From the NCBI GenBank assembly GCA_043228905.1, contig JBHGNT010000021.1, forward strand, positions 9,300,001-9,364,000: 64,000 nucleotides of DNA, given 5' to 3'. Shown piece after piece: positions 1-12,479 of this stretch; position 1 is the first letter of the stretch; the number at the start of each line of letters is the position of its first letter. The stretch comes from Azolla caroliniana. Taxonomy: Eukaryota; Plantae; Polypodiophyta. The notes beneath the pieces were generated by a model. The model worked only from the letters and a program-made list of their open reading frames with translations, was not told the DNA's origin and did no database searches. The position numbers and the translations under genes are program-made.

Positions 1-546
1 AGGAAGAGAGAAAGAAGATACATAAATCCAAGTCTACAAAGATATATGGATAACAACACAACCACACTACATGAATAAGCAAGAAAAACACCACAACAAG
101 TAGACTCCATCGTCACCACCTTATTCTTCTTCCTTTATATAAAAGTCTTCTCAACTAGATAACTTTCCTCTTTTTTACGTTTTTTTTAGAAGTTTTCCAT
201 CTCCTATTCTTAGCTATTACACAACGATCTTCTAATCGTCATATCTCCCTCATCCAAGTTCCAACTTTAGAGCTTTAAAAAGCTACGGATAGCTCTCTTT
301 TCATAAGCTTTCCAACTAATATTTGAACATGATATTTGACTTCCAAATGAATGAGTTATGAGCGTTCGTTGTAGACTGTGTTTTGGTGCCCCGCTTTTTT
401 GTTCTTTTACTTTTCTCCATCTTTCTTACTTTTAGTTTGACTTATCCTCCAAACCTTAGCTCGTGTTCTTGGACTCCGGATGTGAATGCTCCATACCTTA
501 TATTTTTGTAGTGTCCAATACCTTGAATTCTAAAATCACTTTCACA
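1..546 (-). repeat. 3' LTR (partial) of the non-autonomous element
   Basis: Near-identical to 2652-2852 plus 12944-13297 and similar to 38210-38831. Ends at ...CACTTTCACA (TGTGAAAG on minus), next to a G-rich PPT. Confidence 0.85.
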
Positions 547-551
547 TTTAG

Positions 552-569
552 CCCCCCCCCTTGCTTCTT
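552..569 (-). promoter_or_regulatory. Polypurine tract
   Basis: Minus strand reads AAGAAGCAAG9, then CTAAA, then the LTR TG. Confidence 0.75.
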
Positions 570-1019
570 GGTGAACCATTTATGGTGAACCCTAAGTTAC
601 CAATAAAACAAAAGATTCTCCTTCACCTTATTCATGGCTATAGACAAAGAAGTTGAAAAAAAAGAAACAAATTATGTGAGTAAAACCCCCGCTAGTCGGT
701 AGGAAAAACCTCACACTCCTAGACACACACCCACACACACATTGACAATTGCCATTGCCATCTTTCTCCTTGTCAACACAAAGAAAGAGGTTACCACAAT
801 TACCATGTCTTTGTCAACTCTCCAAACATGAGTAGGGTCATGCGATACATAACTCTTGAGAGAAGTAAGCATGTCAACATATGAATAAACCTTTTGAGCG
901 AGCGAACCTTTTGCACAAACACCTTCAAAGCTTTGAGACTTGTTGGAGTTGTCACCTTTTGAATTACTTTGATCTTTGATTCCATGTGAATTCCTTCTTG
1001 GCACATGACATTCTCCACA

Positions 1020-2476
1020 CTACCTTGTTTTGTATGTTTGAAAATTTTCATCTATAATCTCATCTCGAAAAGGAAGCAAAAATAGATCTCGTTTGGTTGA
1101 ATCATTCAAGGGTTGGAAGTTGATGTCTTTCTCCTTCGGAACCACAACAATAGGTGAGACAAACTTCAAATCCTCCAACTTGATGTGGTGCTTGATGCCT
1201 TCTACTCTTATCTGTGAATAGTCATTTATGAATAACTTTGGAAACTTAAAAAGAAGAGAAATAAACCTTAGATCCTCTTCTCCTTGTACATCATTTGAAA
1301 TCATCTTCTTTTTCCCCTTTAGGGTGATAATACTTTTCTCTTCAATGACTTCTTCTTCCTCCTTAGACACCATGCGGAATGATTTGTTTTCCCAATCCCA
1401 CAAAGATTCATCAATTGTTTGGCTTTCCTCTTCTTGCTTGCCATTGTTGATAGATGATTCCTTCTCCTTTATACATTTGATTAGTTGTGGTGGATCCTTT
1501 GATGGTTCATGATACTCCAATAATGCATTACAAGTAATTCTCTTGGCTCTTGATCAAATTGTTGTTGAAGAGTTGATGCCCACATAACTTTGTTGCTACT
1601 CAATGCAAATCCAAAACACAAATCTTGCATGAACACCTTCATACACTGCAACTTGGCACTTACCAATGCTTCCTTACATGCATTGATCTCCAAAAGCCAA
1701 TCTCCAGCTATCACTTCTAGGTTACATTCTTCATCTTGCAACTCCCTTGTGGGTACTTCACCATGAACAAATTTTTCTATCATATCTTCCATTTCATCTT
1801 GCACATATTCATCATCAACCACCATATCGCTTGTTGTATCAATAATGTCCTCAACATGATGTACATTGGCATCACCATCCATAACATCGCTTCTCATAAC
1901 AATCTCCTTGGATTCGTCTTTCACATCATGATTCTTTATATCATGGTTGCCCTCATGAACTATATGGGGGAACTCCACATTCATCACCTCTTCTTCTTTG
2001 TCTCTGGAATCACCTTCATAGACATCATTATAACTCAAAAAATTAGAATAATGATATGAGAGAACCTATTGAATCGGACATTGTAAGTATGCTGGTTGTT
2101 GGCTCATGACCGATCCACAATTATTATAGCTTGGATTTATGGTATATCACGTTGATACTCCATATGCTTCACCGAATAACAACTTCTTCAATTGTTGATC
2201 ATAACTTTGACATACTCGAAGCAAATCATGGAAAGAACTTGGGTACTTCATATGCACTTCATATTGAAAATATGGATCTAGCCATGCTTTGAATCTTTGC
2301 ATCTTGAAGTATACATCTTCAACGCCTCCAACAAGTCGAATCCAAGTGGACCATATATCCAAAAACGTCTTCTCATACTCGAGGTAGCACATTGATGAAA
2401 CCATACGCAATTGGAAAATTTCTCTTCGTAGATTTGTCGCATCGTGAACTCCATATCTTGCCATCAGTTTGATGAT
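1020..2476 (-). pseudogene. Degenerate gag, acidic spacer ORF and short RT remnant
   Basis: Retrotransposon-gag-like segment (LRREIFQLRM...KMQRFKAWLDPYFQYEV..KYPSSFHD). RT N-terminal motif FVSPIVVVPKEK..NFQPLNDSTKRDLFLLPFRDEIIDE at ~1050-1165. No YxDD, RNase H or integrase. Confidence 0.65.
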
Positions 2477-2540
2477 GAATCGGTAGATCCAACCATCAAT
2501 GAGTGGACAACCGTTCCTCCCGTTATACGGAAAGGATCGG

Positions 2541-2557
2541 CCCTCCCTGGAGCGCCA
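2541..2557 (-). promoter_or_regulatory. Primer-binding site, tRNA-Arg-like
   Basis: TGGCGCTCCAGGGAGGG, 4 nt after the LTR end ...CTATCA. It resembles the complement of plant tRNA-Arg(CCU) 3' end; that isotype is recalled, not searched. Confidence 0.7.
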
Positions 2558-2852
2558 AAAATGATAGAGAGATGATAGAAAGAAGAGAGAAGGAAGATAT
2601 ATATATATCCAAAACCACAAAGATCTATTGATAATGAATAATCATGATAGAAGGAAGAGAGAAAGAAGATACATAAATCCAAGTCTACAACGATATATGG
2701 ATCACAACACAACCACACTACATGAATAGGCAAGAAAAACACCACAACAAGTAGACTCCATCCTCACCACCTTATTCTTCTTCCTTTATATAAAAGTCTT
2801 CTCAACTAGATAACTTTCCCTTGATTTCTTTTTTACATTTTTTTTAGAAGTT

Positions 2853-3313
2853 TGTTACCGGCTGGCAAGAAGGCTTAAGGAGGTCCAAACCAGAGTGTGA
2901 AAAGGAATAGTTTATTCGGGAACTGTTGTATTTAGTAGTCTTAATATATATATTAATATATAAGAAGAAGTGGACGGACGGACCGGAATCGGTATGCCGA
3001 TCCGGATCCGGACCGATCCCGAAAAGGTGCCGGTTGGCACCGTTTTGTATTTCGCATCGGAGACTTATATAAAGGCCCGGTTACAATGTAATCGAGAGCG
3101 GATAATTAATAGAACTTATTGACTTAATCTTTCAGTGTTGATTACCATTCTGTGCTTATTGTATATCTTACGCGTGTTAATGATGTATTGTTAAGTAATT
3201 GATTAAGGTCTAATTAAGCGTTGTGCCGTAAGTCATTCTGCCATACCACCCTTTGGTGAAGTGTCTTAAGTGGACACCCTGTGTTAGGCTGTTGTCCGGC
3301 CCTAGGAGTAACA
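2853..3313 (+). repeat. 5' LTR of gypsy element
   Basis: Direct repeat of 12480-12943 with roughly 15-20 differences by eye, mostly C/T or G/A. TATA-like TTATATAAAGG at ~3065. Confidence 0.92.
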
Positions 3314-3320
3314 CAGTTTT

Positions 3321-3332
3321 TGGCGACCACGA
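3321..3332 (+). promoter_or_regulatory. Primer-binding site, tRNA-Arg(UCG)-like
   Basis: TGGCGACCACGA just after the 5' LTR. The relative at 58436-58452 has the longer TGGCGACCACGATGGGA. Isotype recalled. Confidence 0.8.
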
Positions 3333-3368
3333 TTCCTGCACAATTGCAGTGAACATCGGCGTGAATGG

Positions 3369-6300
3369 ATGACTAGGCCAACAGACGACCCGGTTACGTA
3401 GAGAGCACGAAGACTTGCTGAACGACGGAGGCGGCGAGAGGCTTTCTAGCAAGCAGCAGAAGAAATCCGATTGGATCGATCATTTTCCAAAGTGATCCAG
3501 AAAGTGGCGGAGGAGTCGCTTCGTTTGCAACAAGACGCTTACCCGGACGAAGGAAGCAGCTTAAGCAGCCTCCGGGAAGCGGAATCCCTTCTCCAAGCCT
3601 TGGCCGGAAGAGACGGCGAATCCGAAGCATTTTCAGTGCTGGAATCGGATTCGGAAGGGGGTTACAGTGCGCACACGAACTATCGCAGTAGTAACGACAC
3701 CCCAGGAGGACCGAAGGACGAGGAGTCGGATACAGTACCGACACCGGAACCATAGTTGGCAGACCGGGAACCTCCGGCACTAGACGTGGAGCAACCTTCG
3801 GAGACGGAAGAAGACAAAGAAAGACCTCCAACACCGGAAGTCGAGCCGACAACACCAAAGGAAGACCGACAAAGACCTCTGACGCCAACGGAACAACAGG
3901 AAAAACCACTGACACCGCCAGCCCGCGTACCGACACTGGACGACGACATGCCGTTCCAGTACTCCAAGTATAGGGATGATCCAGACACGGAGGCTCATGT
4001 TCACTCGTTTCAACAAACATGGGAGGCGAACCATGTGTCACAACGGTTAACCGCGACAGAAGAGGAACGATCTAAGATAGCCAAATTCGGCGTGACATTG
4101 GAAGGACCGGCCGCTAGATGGCACCGGACGCAGGATCGCAGCACCATCACCACCTTTGCGGACCTGAAAGACAAATTCTTGCACTTCTTTCAGAAGGAGG
4201 TGGACCAGAGAGAAATGGTGGGCCTATTTTATACCATCCGGCAGGACCCCAAGGAGAGCATTCCGGAGTTTGTCATCCGGTTTCAACGGATGCACAGTCA
4301 GCTTACCCGCGCTCCTCTGGAGGAAAAAACACGGGCTATATTCTTAGCCGCGCTCTGGGAACCTCTACGAACGGTATGCACGGTCATCGACTTTCAACAC
4401 AAGCACCGTCGACCAGGTCATCGACCGGGTTAGAGAAATGGAGAAAACGAGCTCTTGGCTAACAATGGGAGCCCTCCAACGAGCATTACCAACCGATGAG
4501 GATCTCCGTTTCTGGCAAGCAATCCAATGCACGACCTGCTTGAATTCCGGACACTCGTCACTGGAGTGCACCATGCGGACGCACTACTTACTCTGCCAAT
4601 CTACGAGCCACACGATGGACCGGTGCGAATATAACTTATTGAATCGGCAAGCACCACCAGTCTGGCAAATCGAACCACGTAGCAGCCAAGACGAAGAAGA
4701 TGAGCGCTAGTGGCGAAAGGAGCGATATCGACCAACATAGGATGTTCGGTACGACAATCAACGAGAGAACTATGAACGGTACAAGAGATATGACGGGTAC
4801 CGAGATTACAACGGACGGTACGAGCATCACAACTGGGATCACTCCCTCGGGTATCACCAACGACGGGAAGATTACGGGAGATATGACGACCAACCCCGGC
4901 AAGGGTACCGCAACAAAAAGAACTTTAATAAAAAACGGCATTTCAAAAAAGGGAGCCACCCACGTGAACCGGAAAAGGCGCCTCAAGTAGCCAACCAGAC
5001 CAGAGCCCTGTGGTTACCAGAGGTCCTCCACCGGGTACAGGAAACAATGCCGAATCCAGCAATACCTGGAAAGCATATTGCTATTATTGCCGGCAAGAAG
5101 GACATTATAGTAATCAATGTCCGACAAAGAGCTATGATAAGCGACCGGTAGTAAACATGGTAGTCGCCGAAGTCGCAGACCTATAGCAGGTCACCACAAG
5201 GTTGAAGGGCAAGACGACGGAATGGGAGACACAAGAGGCCATCCGGAAACAGGCAACGAAATGGGTGAAAAAGGCAAATGAGCGAAACGTAGCAGAACTT
5301 GCGCTACAAAAGGAGAACACCGAAGAGCTCGCCGGCGGCAGTCAGTCCGAAAACGCGACATGGCAGGCATTGCAGGAATGCCAGATCACGCCGCCGTTAG
5401 GACGACTCTTGTAGCTAGTACCAAGATTCACAGAAAGACTCAAGTCTGGCATGACGATAGGCGGAACACCACCGGCTCTGACATTCTTCTCAAATCCGGA
5501 GGAGGGACCAGCGGTGGTGGACACCAACAGTCCGGCAATTACTGCCATTGTGAAAGGGAAAGAACTCCCCGGCACGATAATAGACGGAGGCTCCGACGTT
5601 AATGTAATAAGCCTTCGAACGTGCGATGCTCTTGGAATCCAAGAGTGGGAGCGATGTCCGTTCTGGCTCCGAATGGCGGACACAAGCTCAGTGCGACTGA
5701 CAGGATTAATACGGGGCTTAGAAGTAACCATCGGGGGCCACACATTCCGAATCTCAGCCGTAGTTCTCCAGTTGCAGGCTCAAGGAGCGTACTCATTATT
5801 GTTGGGATGCCCTTGGTTAAAGAGGGCACACATAAAGCAGAACTGGAGGAGGAATATGATTATGTTCCGACGAGGAAAAGCGAAGGTACGGGTCATAACC
5901 AAGGAAGGGCACTGGCAAGGATCTGACACCGTTATATGCGGAGTGCATCAATATGCTGGAAGGATTAGCAGATGAAGAAGAAGATCAATACTTGCAGGAC
6001 AACCCGAAGATTGTACCCCTATTCGAAATTGACGTTGCCGAAGCGGTATCACCCTACTTACTGCAACTGGACGGAACCGAAGCGGAACCGGATAAAGAAG
6101 CAATCCAGGAGTTACGGCAAGCGCAAGAGGCGTTGGAAAGAGAAATGGCCGTATCACAGCGCGTAAAAGTGTCTCAATTAGAAGAGGTAAATCTAGGAAC
6201 GGCGGAGGAGGCAAAACCGGTGCACGTCGCCAAAGAAATGAATGCAAAGAACAAAACGGCGATAATTACACTCCTCAACGAGTTTCGCGACGTATTTGCT

Positions 6301-9195
6301 TGGTCTTATGAGGATATGAGAGGGCTGGATCCTCAGTTGTATCAACACCAGATACATCTGAGCAAAGACGCCAAGCCGGTAGCACAACGTCGGTACCGGA
6401 TGAACCCAAACTACGCCGCCAAAGTCAAGGAGGAAATCGACAAATTGCTGAGGGTTGGCTTCATCCGTCCCGTAAAGAAATCTACATGGCTGAGTCCGAT
6501 CGTAGTGGTACCGAAGAAGGGCAAAATTAGAGTTTGTGTCGACTATCAGAAGCTCAATGCGGCAACGGTAACGGATGCATTTCCACTTCCGTTTATGAAT
6601 GGAGTTTTGGATGCCGTCGCCGGCCATGAAGTCTACAGTTTCTTAGACGGATTCAATGGGTATAATCAGATCCAGATGCACCTTGATGATCAAGAGAAAA
6701 CGGCTTTCGTCACCGAATGGGGAGTGTTTGTTGCCGTGGTGATGATGTTCGAACTGAAAACGGCACCGGCAACATTCCAACGGATTATCATGGAGATCTT
6801 TGGCGAATACATACCAGCTTTTATGCAGGTGTTCCTTGACGACTTCGCCGTCTATAGCCGAGAAGAAGATCATTTGCAGCACCTCAGACTATGTCTAGAG
6901 AAGTGTAGGGCGTACCGGCTAAGCCTGAATCCGGCGAAGTGTGTATTCGAAGTGTCCAGCGGAACGCTACTAAGGCAAATTGTGAGCAAGGAAGACATTG
7001 CCGTAGATCCGGACAAAGTAAAAGAAATCCTGGAGGCACAGACACCAACAACGGCAAAGGCATTGAACCGTTTCTTAGGACAAATCCGTTGGCATAGCCG
7101 AATGCTCCGGTATTTGGCGGACCTAGCTACACCACTGCATGCTGCGGTACACCGAACACCGTTCCAGTGGACCGACACCGAAGATAAGGCGTATCGGGCA
7201 CTCAAAGTTCTATTGTCGCAAGCGCCGGTAGTGCAACCCCCGGATTGGGCGAAAGAATTTCATGTGTTCGTGGATGCGTCTGACATTGCAATTGGGAGCG
7301 CGTTGATGCAACTTACGGAGCCAAGATGGTACCGGCCCGTATATTACGCAAGCCGGAAGTTACCCCAAGCCGAACGAAATTACTCCACCACGGAAAGGGA
7401 AACTTTAGGCATGATCTACAACGTAACAAAATTCAAACACTATTTATTGGGAAGAAAGTTTTCCTTCCATGTAGATCACTCGGCACTCCTCTACCTAGTG
7501 TCCAAAGCGTCACTTACTGGTAAGTTGGCCCAGTGGACTTTGCTATTATAGGAATTCGAATTCGAGATATTCCACCGACCCGGCATACAGCATGTGGTAG
7601 CATATTATTTAAGCCGGTTAGATTCCGGCAAAACCGGTGACGGAGTACCGGACAAGTTTCCGGATGCTGAGCTATTTCGAGTGACTGCAGAAACGACAAC
7701 AGATGAAACGGTGGCACCAGAAGATAAGTGGCTAACAAATATGCACCAATTTCTGAGCACCGGATTTCCTCCGGAGGAGATGAACTGGGACGAGAGGAAG
7801 CGCCTGGCGGTACAAAGCCGACACTTCTGTTTATTACAGGACACGCTATACCACAAAGGTGCGGATGACATATGGTGACGAGCGGTGTGCAGTGACGAGA
7901 AAGAGGTAATACTACGGGAAGCACACTGCGGAGTCGCCGGAGGCCATTATGCCGGGGATGCTACGACAAGGAAGATATGGCAAACTGGCCTATGGTGGCT
8001 GACTACATTGAAAGACGCAGTCCGGTATGCGAAAGAGTGTGATCTATACCAGCAAATGGGCCAGCCAACGGAACAAGCTAGGATGCTGCACCAGCCAATA
8101 CTACTGCTGGAACCATTTCAGAAATGGGGACTGGATTTCGTCGGACCATTTAAACCACCGGCAATGAGAACTGGCAACCGGTATGTAATCGTCACGACGG
8201 ACTACTGCACTAAATGGGTGGAAGCGAAAGCCTTACGAGACAATACCGCGGTGTCAACAACAAAATTCTTATACGAATACATTTGGTGCCGGTACGGATG
8301 CCCCATAGAGCTGATAAGCGACCAAGGAGGATACTTTCTTGGACAAGTAGTGGAGAGCTTGACGTCATTCTATGCGGTAGTACATAAACGGAGCACCCCG
8401 TACTACCCACAAGCCAACGGATTAGCGGAGTCAACAAACAAAATGCTACAGAATATCCTGCGCAAGATTGTCAATGAGAATCAGACAGATTGGGACACGA
8501 AGCTGCACAGTGCGCTCTGGGCTTACCAGACAACGTACAAAACAAGCATCCGAACAACGCCGTTCCGGTTAGCATTTGGATTAGAGGCAGTCATGCCGGT
8601 TGAATTCCAGGTATTGAGCTTACGGATTCAGATTCGGGAATGACTCAATGAAAAGGAATCGGAGGCAATTCAGTTAAAGGCTCTCTGTGAACTAGAAGAA
8701 CACTGACTGGCGAGCATCATGCACCTGGAATTGGAACAACGACGACGGAAAGTGTTTGTAGATTGGCACCGAAAGGGAAACGAGAAAATGTTCGAAATCG
8801 ACGAGTCGGTACTAGTGTTCCAGACCCGGATGGGTAAAATGCCAGGGAAACTACGGTTTAGATGGACTGGACCGTACTGGATCACACGCGAGTTCAATGG
8901 ATCCTACCAGTTAGGGACACTTGCTGGTGAAGTGCAGGGTAAATGGGTCAATGGATTTAGACTAAAGCCATACAAAGGACCTATGCCCAAGAACCCATTT
9001 GAACGAAGGACCGACACTGAATCGGACGCCGGCAGGCCAACCAAGACGGCAACCTGTGAGGAAAATGGGTACCACCAAGCCGGTAAGGAGGACCACGAGC
9101 TGGCAACCGGGGAAAGCAAAACGACGACAAACCATCAAGAGGCCGGCATGGTGCGCGTTTCGGGTAAGGGTCCGATAGGACCGGAGAAAAATTAA
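3369..9195 (+). pseudogene. gag-pol polyprotein with stops and frameshifts
   Basis: Gag capsid (TLEGPAARW...IRQDPKESIPEFVIRF) and CCHC knuckles. Protease IIDGGSDVNVI. RT SPIVVVPKK, FLDGFNGYNQI, FLDDF. RNase H VDASDIAIG...YYASRKL. Integrase HCGVAGGH, WGLDFVGP, SDQG, NGLAESTNK, RWTGPY. In-frame stops at e.g. 3753, 7549, 7876 and 8641. Confidence 0.95.
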
Positions 9196-9618
9196 CCACA
9201 CAATTAATTTTAATAAAAAAAAGAAAAGAGAAAAAGAAAAAAGGAAAAGAAATAGCGAATCAAAGAAATCATGGAAAGGAGTGGTGGAAACGGCCATGCA
9301 AACGAGTAAAGAGGCACGTCGAAAAGGTACGAGGAGGCTATGAATAGGACATTAAACCACCGCCACATGGCACGCAATGCTATTATAGTACACGACCTAC
9401 ACATGCGGAGGCTCGAAAAAGGCGCCAAGATGCAGAGAGAAAAACCCCCACGCATCGAGACCTTCTCCTATCGCGAACCAAGGAGAACAGACGCAGACAA
9501 ATGCGTGAAGATCAATTGCAGAGAGCTCGCACACAGAGAACCCCCTCATTCAAAACTTTCTCTCTCACACTCTCCCCACCACCAAACCTCACCAACGCTC
9601 TCCGACCTCGACGCAAAG

Positions 9619-12425
9619 ATGGATTGACAAACGCTGTCTGAAGCCGCCAAGAAATGGCTATGGCAGCATGGATTGGAGGGTTTCTTAACGATCATGGAGG
9701 CGGTGCCACACAAGGAGGCCAAAAAGATTATCAAAGAAATCGACACAAAGGTGATCACGGAGGAGGTGATCCGTGCGTTAACAGGCCTTCCGGAGGGAGG
9801 CATCTACACGATCGATAATCCGACCTCTGAGCAGCTCATCAAATATTTCGGTGAGTACTCTCTCACCAGCAAGGGCTACAGGACACAGGGCGGCGAAGAC
9901 ATGTTATTCCGCGAAATTGCCCGTGTACTCCATGAGTTCGGCCACGTGTACCCTCGACCCCCCGTCATGCCTCAGAACCGAGCAGGCTTGATCATCGCAA
10001 CGTATGAAGGGGTCAAGGTGGATTGGCTGGTGCTGATCACCGATGGGCTGTGTACGACTATTGATATAGTAAGAGGAAAGGACGGCAAGGAAGGCCGGAA
10101 AATATGGCATGCGGTGACGCAATAACTCACCCTATTGGCGCCACCGGTCGAGCCCGTCCAAACCAAGAAGCAGGGAAGAGCAACAGACGGCACCCCGAAA
10201 CCTGCTTCGAAACGGCAACAACTGTTGGCCTCCAAGGCAACTAAGGGGAAGACGGCCGAGCAAAGAAGGCGGCAAAGGAGCGCACCAACCGGAAGCGGCC
10301 GACAGACACACACGAGGAGACACCGACACGGCCCCTAAAGAGCCTACTCCATCGACCGGTGTAGTAAGAAACGGACACCTTGATGGCAAGAATGAATGCC
10401 AGGATTCAGGCGGAGGAAATGGAGGAAGAACCCACAGAGCACCTTCAGCGGCGGCTGGTGAAGAGCACCGCTGAATCAGCCGGGAAGCGTTCGGACCCAC
10501 AGAAGGATGGAATGCCCGCAACTCACACTGAGCATCCCACGCCAAGGGAGGCATCGGAACCGGTTCGGATGGAACTGGTCACGGAAGTCCTTGCACAACA
10601 GGCAACACCGGCAAGCCCCGTAACTCAAGAGCCGGTTATACAAAGGCCAACCTCCTCAGCTAGCCAAGAACAAGCAGACAAGGGGCGGCTAGCTGAAACA
10701 CACTCAGAGCCGAAACGGCAAAGTGGTCAGCAGGTAGAACCAGAAGTGCAGCTCGACGCAATAAGGCGGGACCAGCCACCGGCAAGTGAACCCATCAGCC
10801 AACCCGCCGTGCAAGCGTAACAACAGTGCACCGGCATCCAATGGCTCCGGTGGATAGGAGAACAAAATGCTGGAGTAGTCGGATGCATAGAGCTGGAGGA
10901 AAGAGCGCAAACAGAATGGTTGCTCGTCACAACCGATAAATTGGAGACGGCCTGGTCAAGGATCCGGTGCCTCGAACAAGACTTGGATCGGATCACAGGA
11001 GACATGGCCAAAATGGCCTTAACCGCAACGCAGATCCAAGCACCGGTGACTCCGGTTAATGTACATATGAATAAGACCCCGGAGACACAAAGTTTCCTAG
11101 AAAAAGATGCGGCGCAAGCCCAAGAGCTTGCGGAATTACGAGATGAACTTGCCGCACAAGAAGCATTACGGAGCCGTGAACGTGACTTGAAGAAGGCGGC
11201 CGAAGAAGAATTAAAAAAGATTGTTGAGAACCTCCGCTGGGCAGAGGAAAACCTGCGTAAAGGACATCATGCTTACGACCGGCTAAAGGAGGAAAAAGAG
11301 AAATTGCTGCAGGAAAAAGACAAGCTGCGATGGATGGCGGAGACGGAAATCGAGAGGCTTAAGGAGGAACTCCGTCAACAGAAGGACCGGGAGGACCGCG
11401 CGCGCCGGTAGATCAACTAGAGGCTGAAGCAGAAGACCGATGATTTTGATCATCTGCATCGGGACTACAAGCAGCTGGAGACGGAGTATAAGCAATAGCA
11501 AGAACGGATGGTCGAGCTCCAGCAAGAAGTTGACAGGGCCACAAAGGCACTCGCCGACGAACGAGCTAAGAGTTCCAAGCTATTGGAGGAAGCGGCGAAT
11601 GACCAGATGGAGCTACACAAACAGAACCATGAAGACAAGGAAAGAGCGACAATGGTATTACAGAGGTTGCAAACAACCTATCAAAATCAATTGTCGCATT
11701 ATAGGGAGCAGGAGGCGGACACGGTCCGTATCATCAAGCAATTGAAAGAGGAGCGACAAGCCGCAGAAAACAAATCACGGATGGGAGCCGAATGGATCCA
11801 GTGCATCCTCCAGTCATGGCTCACTAAGACCAAAAGCTTGATTTACGACAGCTCTGTGCGTTGGTGGACGAAATGGGCACAGAATACGACGGAACTCCAA
11901 TAGCTCAGGGCGGACGTGGAAAACCGGCGGAAGGAGGGTGACGACTATTATACGCTGACATTGGAGAACTTCACCGCCATAAGGGATGAGCTGGCCGAAG
12001 ATTTCACAGCCCTGGCAGATGAACAATTGGTTCAGGTCCGACAGCTCGAAGCTCAACTGGATGACGATTGGCTGGAGGCCCAAATCCAGTTTGAGAGCTA
12101 TGAGCGGACCCGGCTCCGGGAAGAAAAAGCGAGAAAGGCGACAACGGTTAACCTCAGTGATGAGGAACCGTCGCCGGTACTAGGAACAGACGGGGACCAG
12201 GCTGGGGTTAGTCAGCCAGAGACAACTCCGACGGAGGAACCAACGAAGGAAACACCGGTGCCAGAGCAACAAATGGAGCCGCAACCCCAAACAGAGAAGG
12301 CACAAACGGAGTAGCCAAAACCACAGCCACAAACGGAACAGCAGCCACAACAGCAACAACAGATTCCCGATGAACCATTGGAAATTTTGGAGCAAAGCAT
12401 TGTGGACATTTTGGACGAAGCGTAA
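9619..12425 (+). pseudogene. Extra ORF in the env position: globular N-terminus, low-complexity linker, long coiled coil
   Basis: ORF fragments 9673-10125, 10380-10820, 10920-11411, 11508-11903 and 11916-12314 join across stops and a frameshift. Homologous to the ORF at 49727-50467 (shared ENRRKEG block). Confidence 0.75.
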
Positions 12426-12433
12426 AAGGGCCG

Positions 12434-12477
12434 GATAATGGGTTCGACGTACAAGGTACTGTCCCACGGGCGTGCCA
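12434..12477 (+). other. tRNA-Arg 3'-end-like motif in the PPT position
   Basis: GATAATGGGTTCGA-C-GTAC-AAG-GTAC-T-GTCCCACGGGCGTGCCA ends 2 nt before the 3' LTR TG. No purine tract is present. Confidence 0.7.
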
Positions 12478-12479
12478 TG

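Noticed and set aside
12434-12477. Bona fide tRNA gene
   Set aside because: Only the T-arm and acceptor 3' strand are present. There is no D or anticodon arm, and a 13-nt insert disrupts the T-loop.
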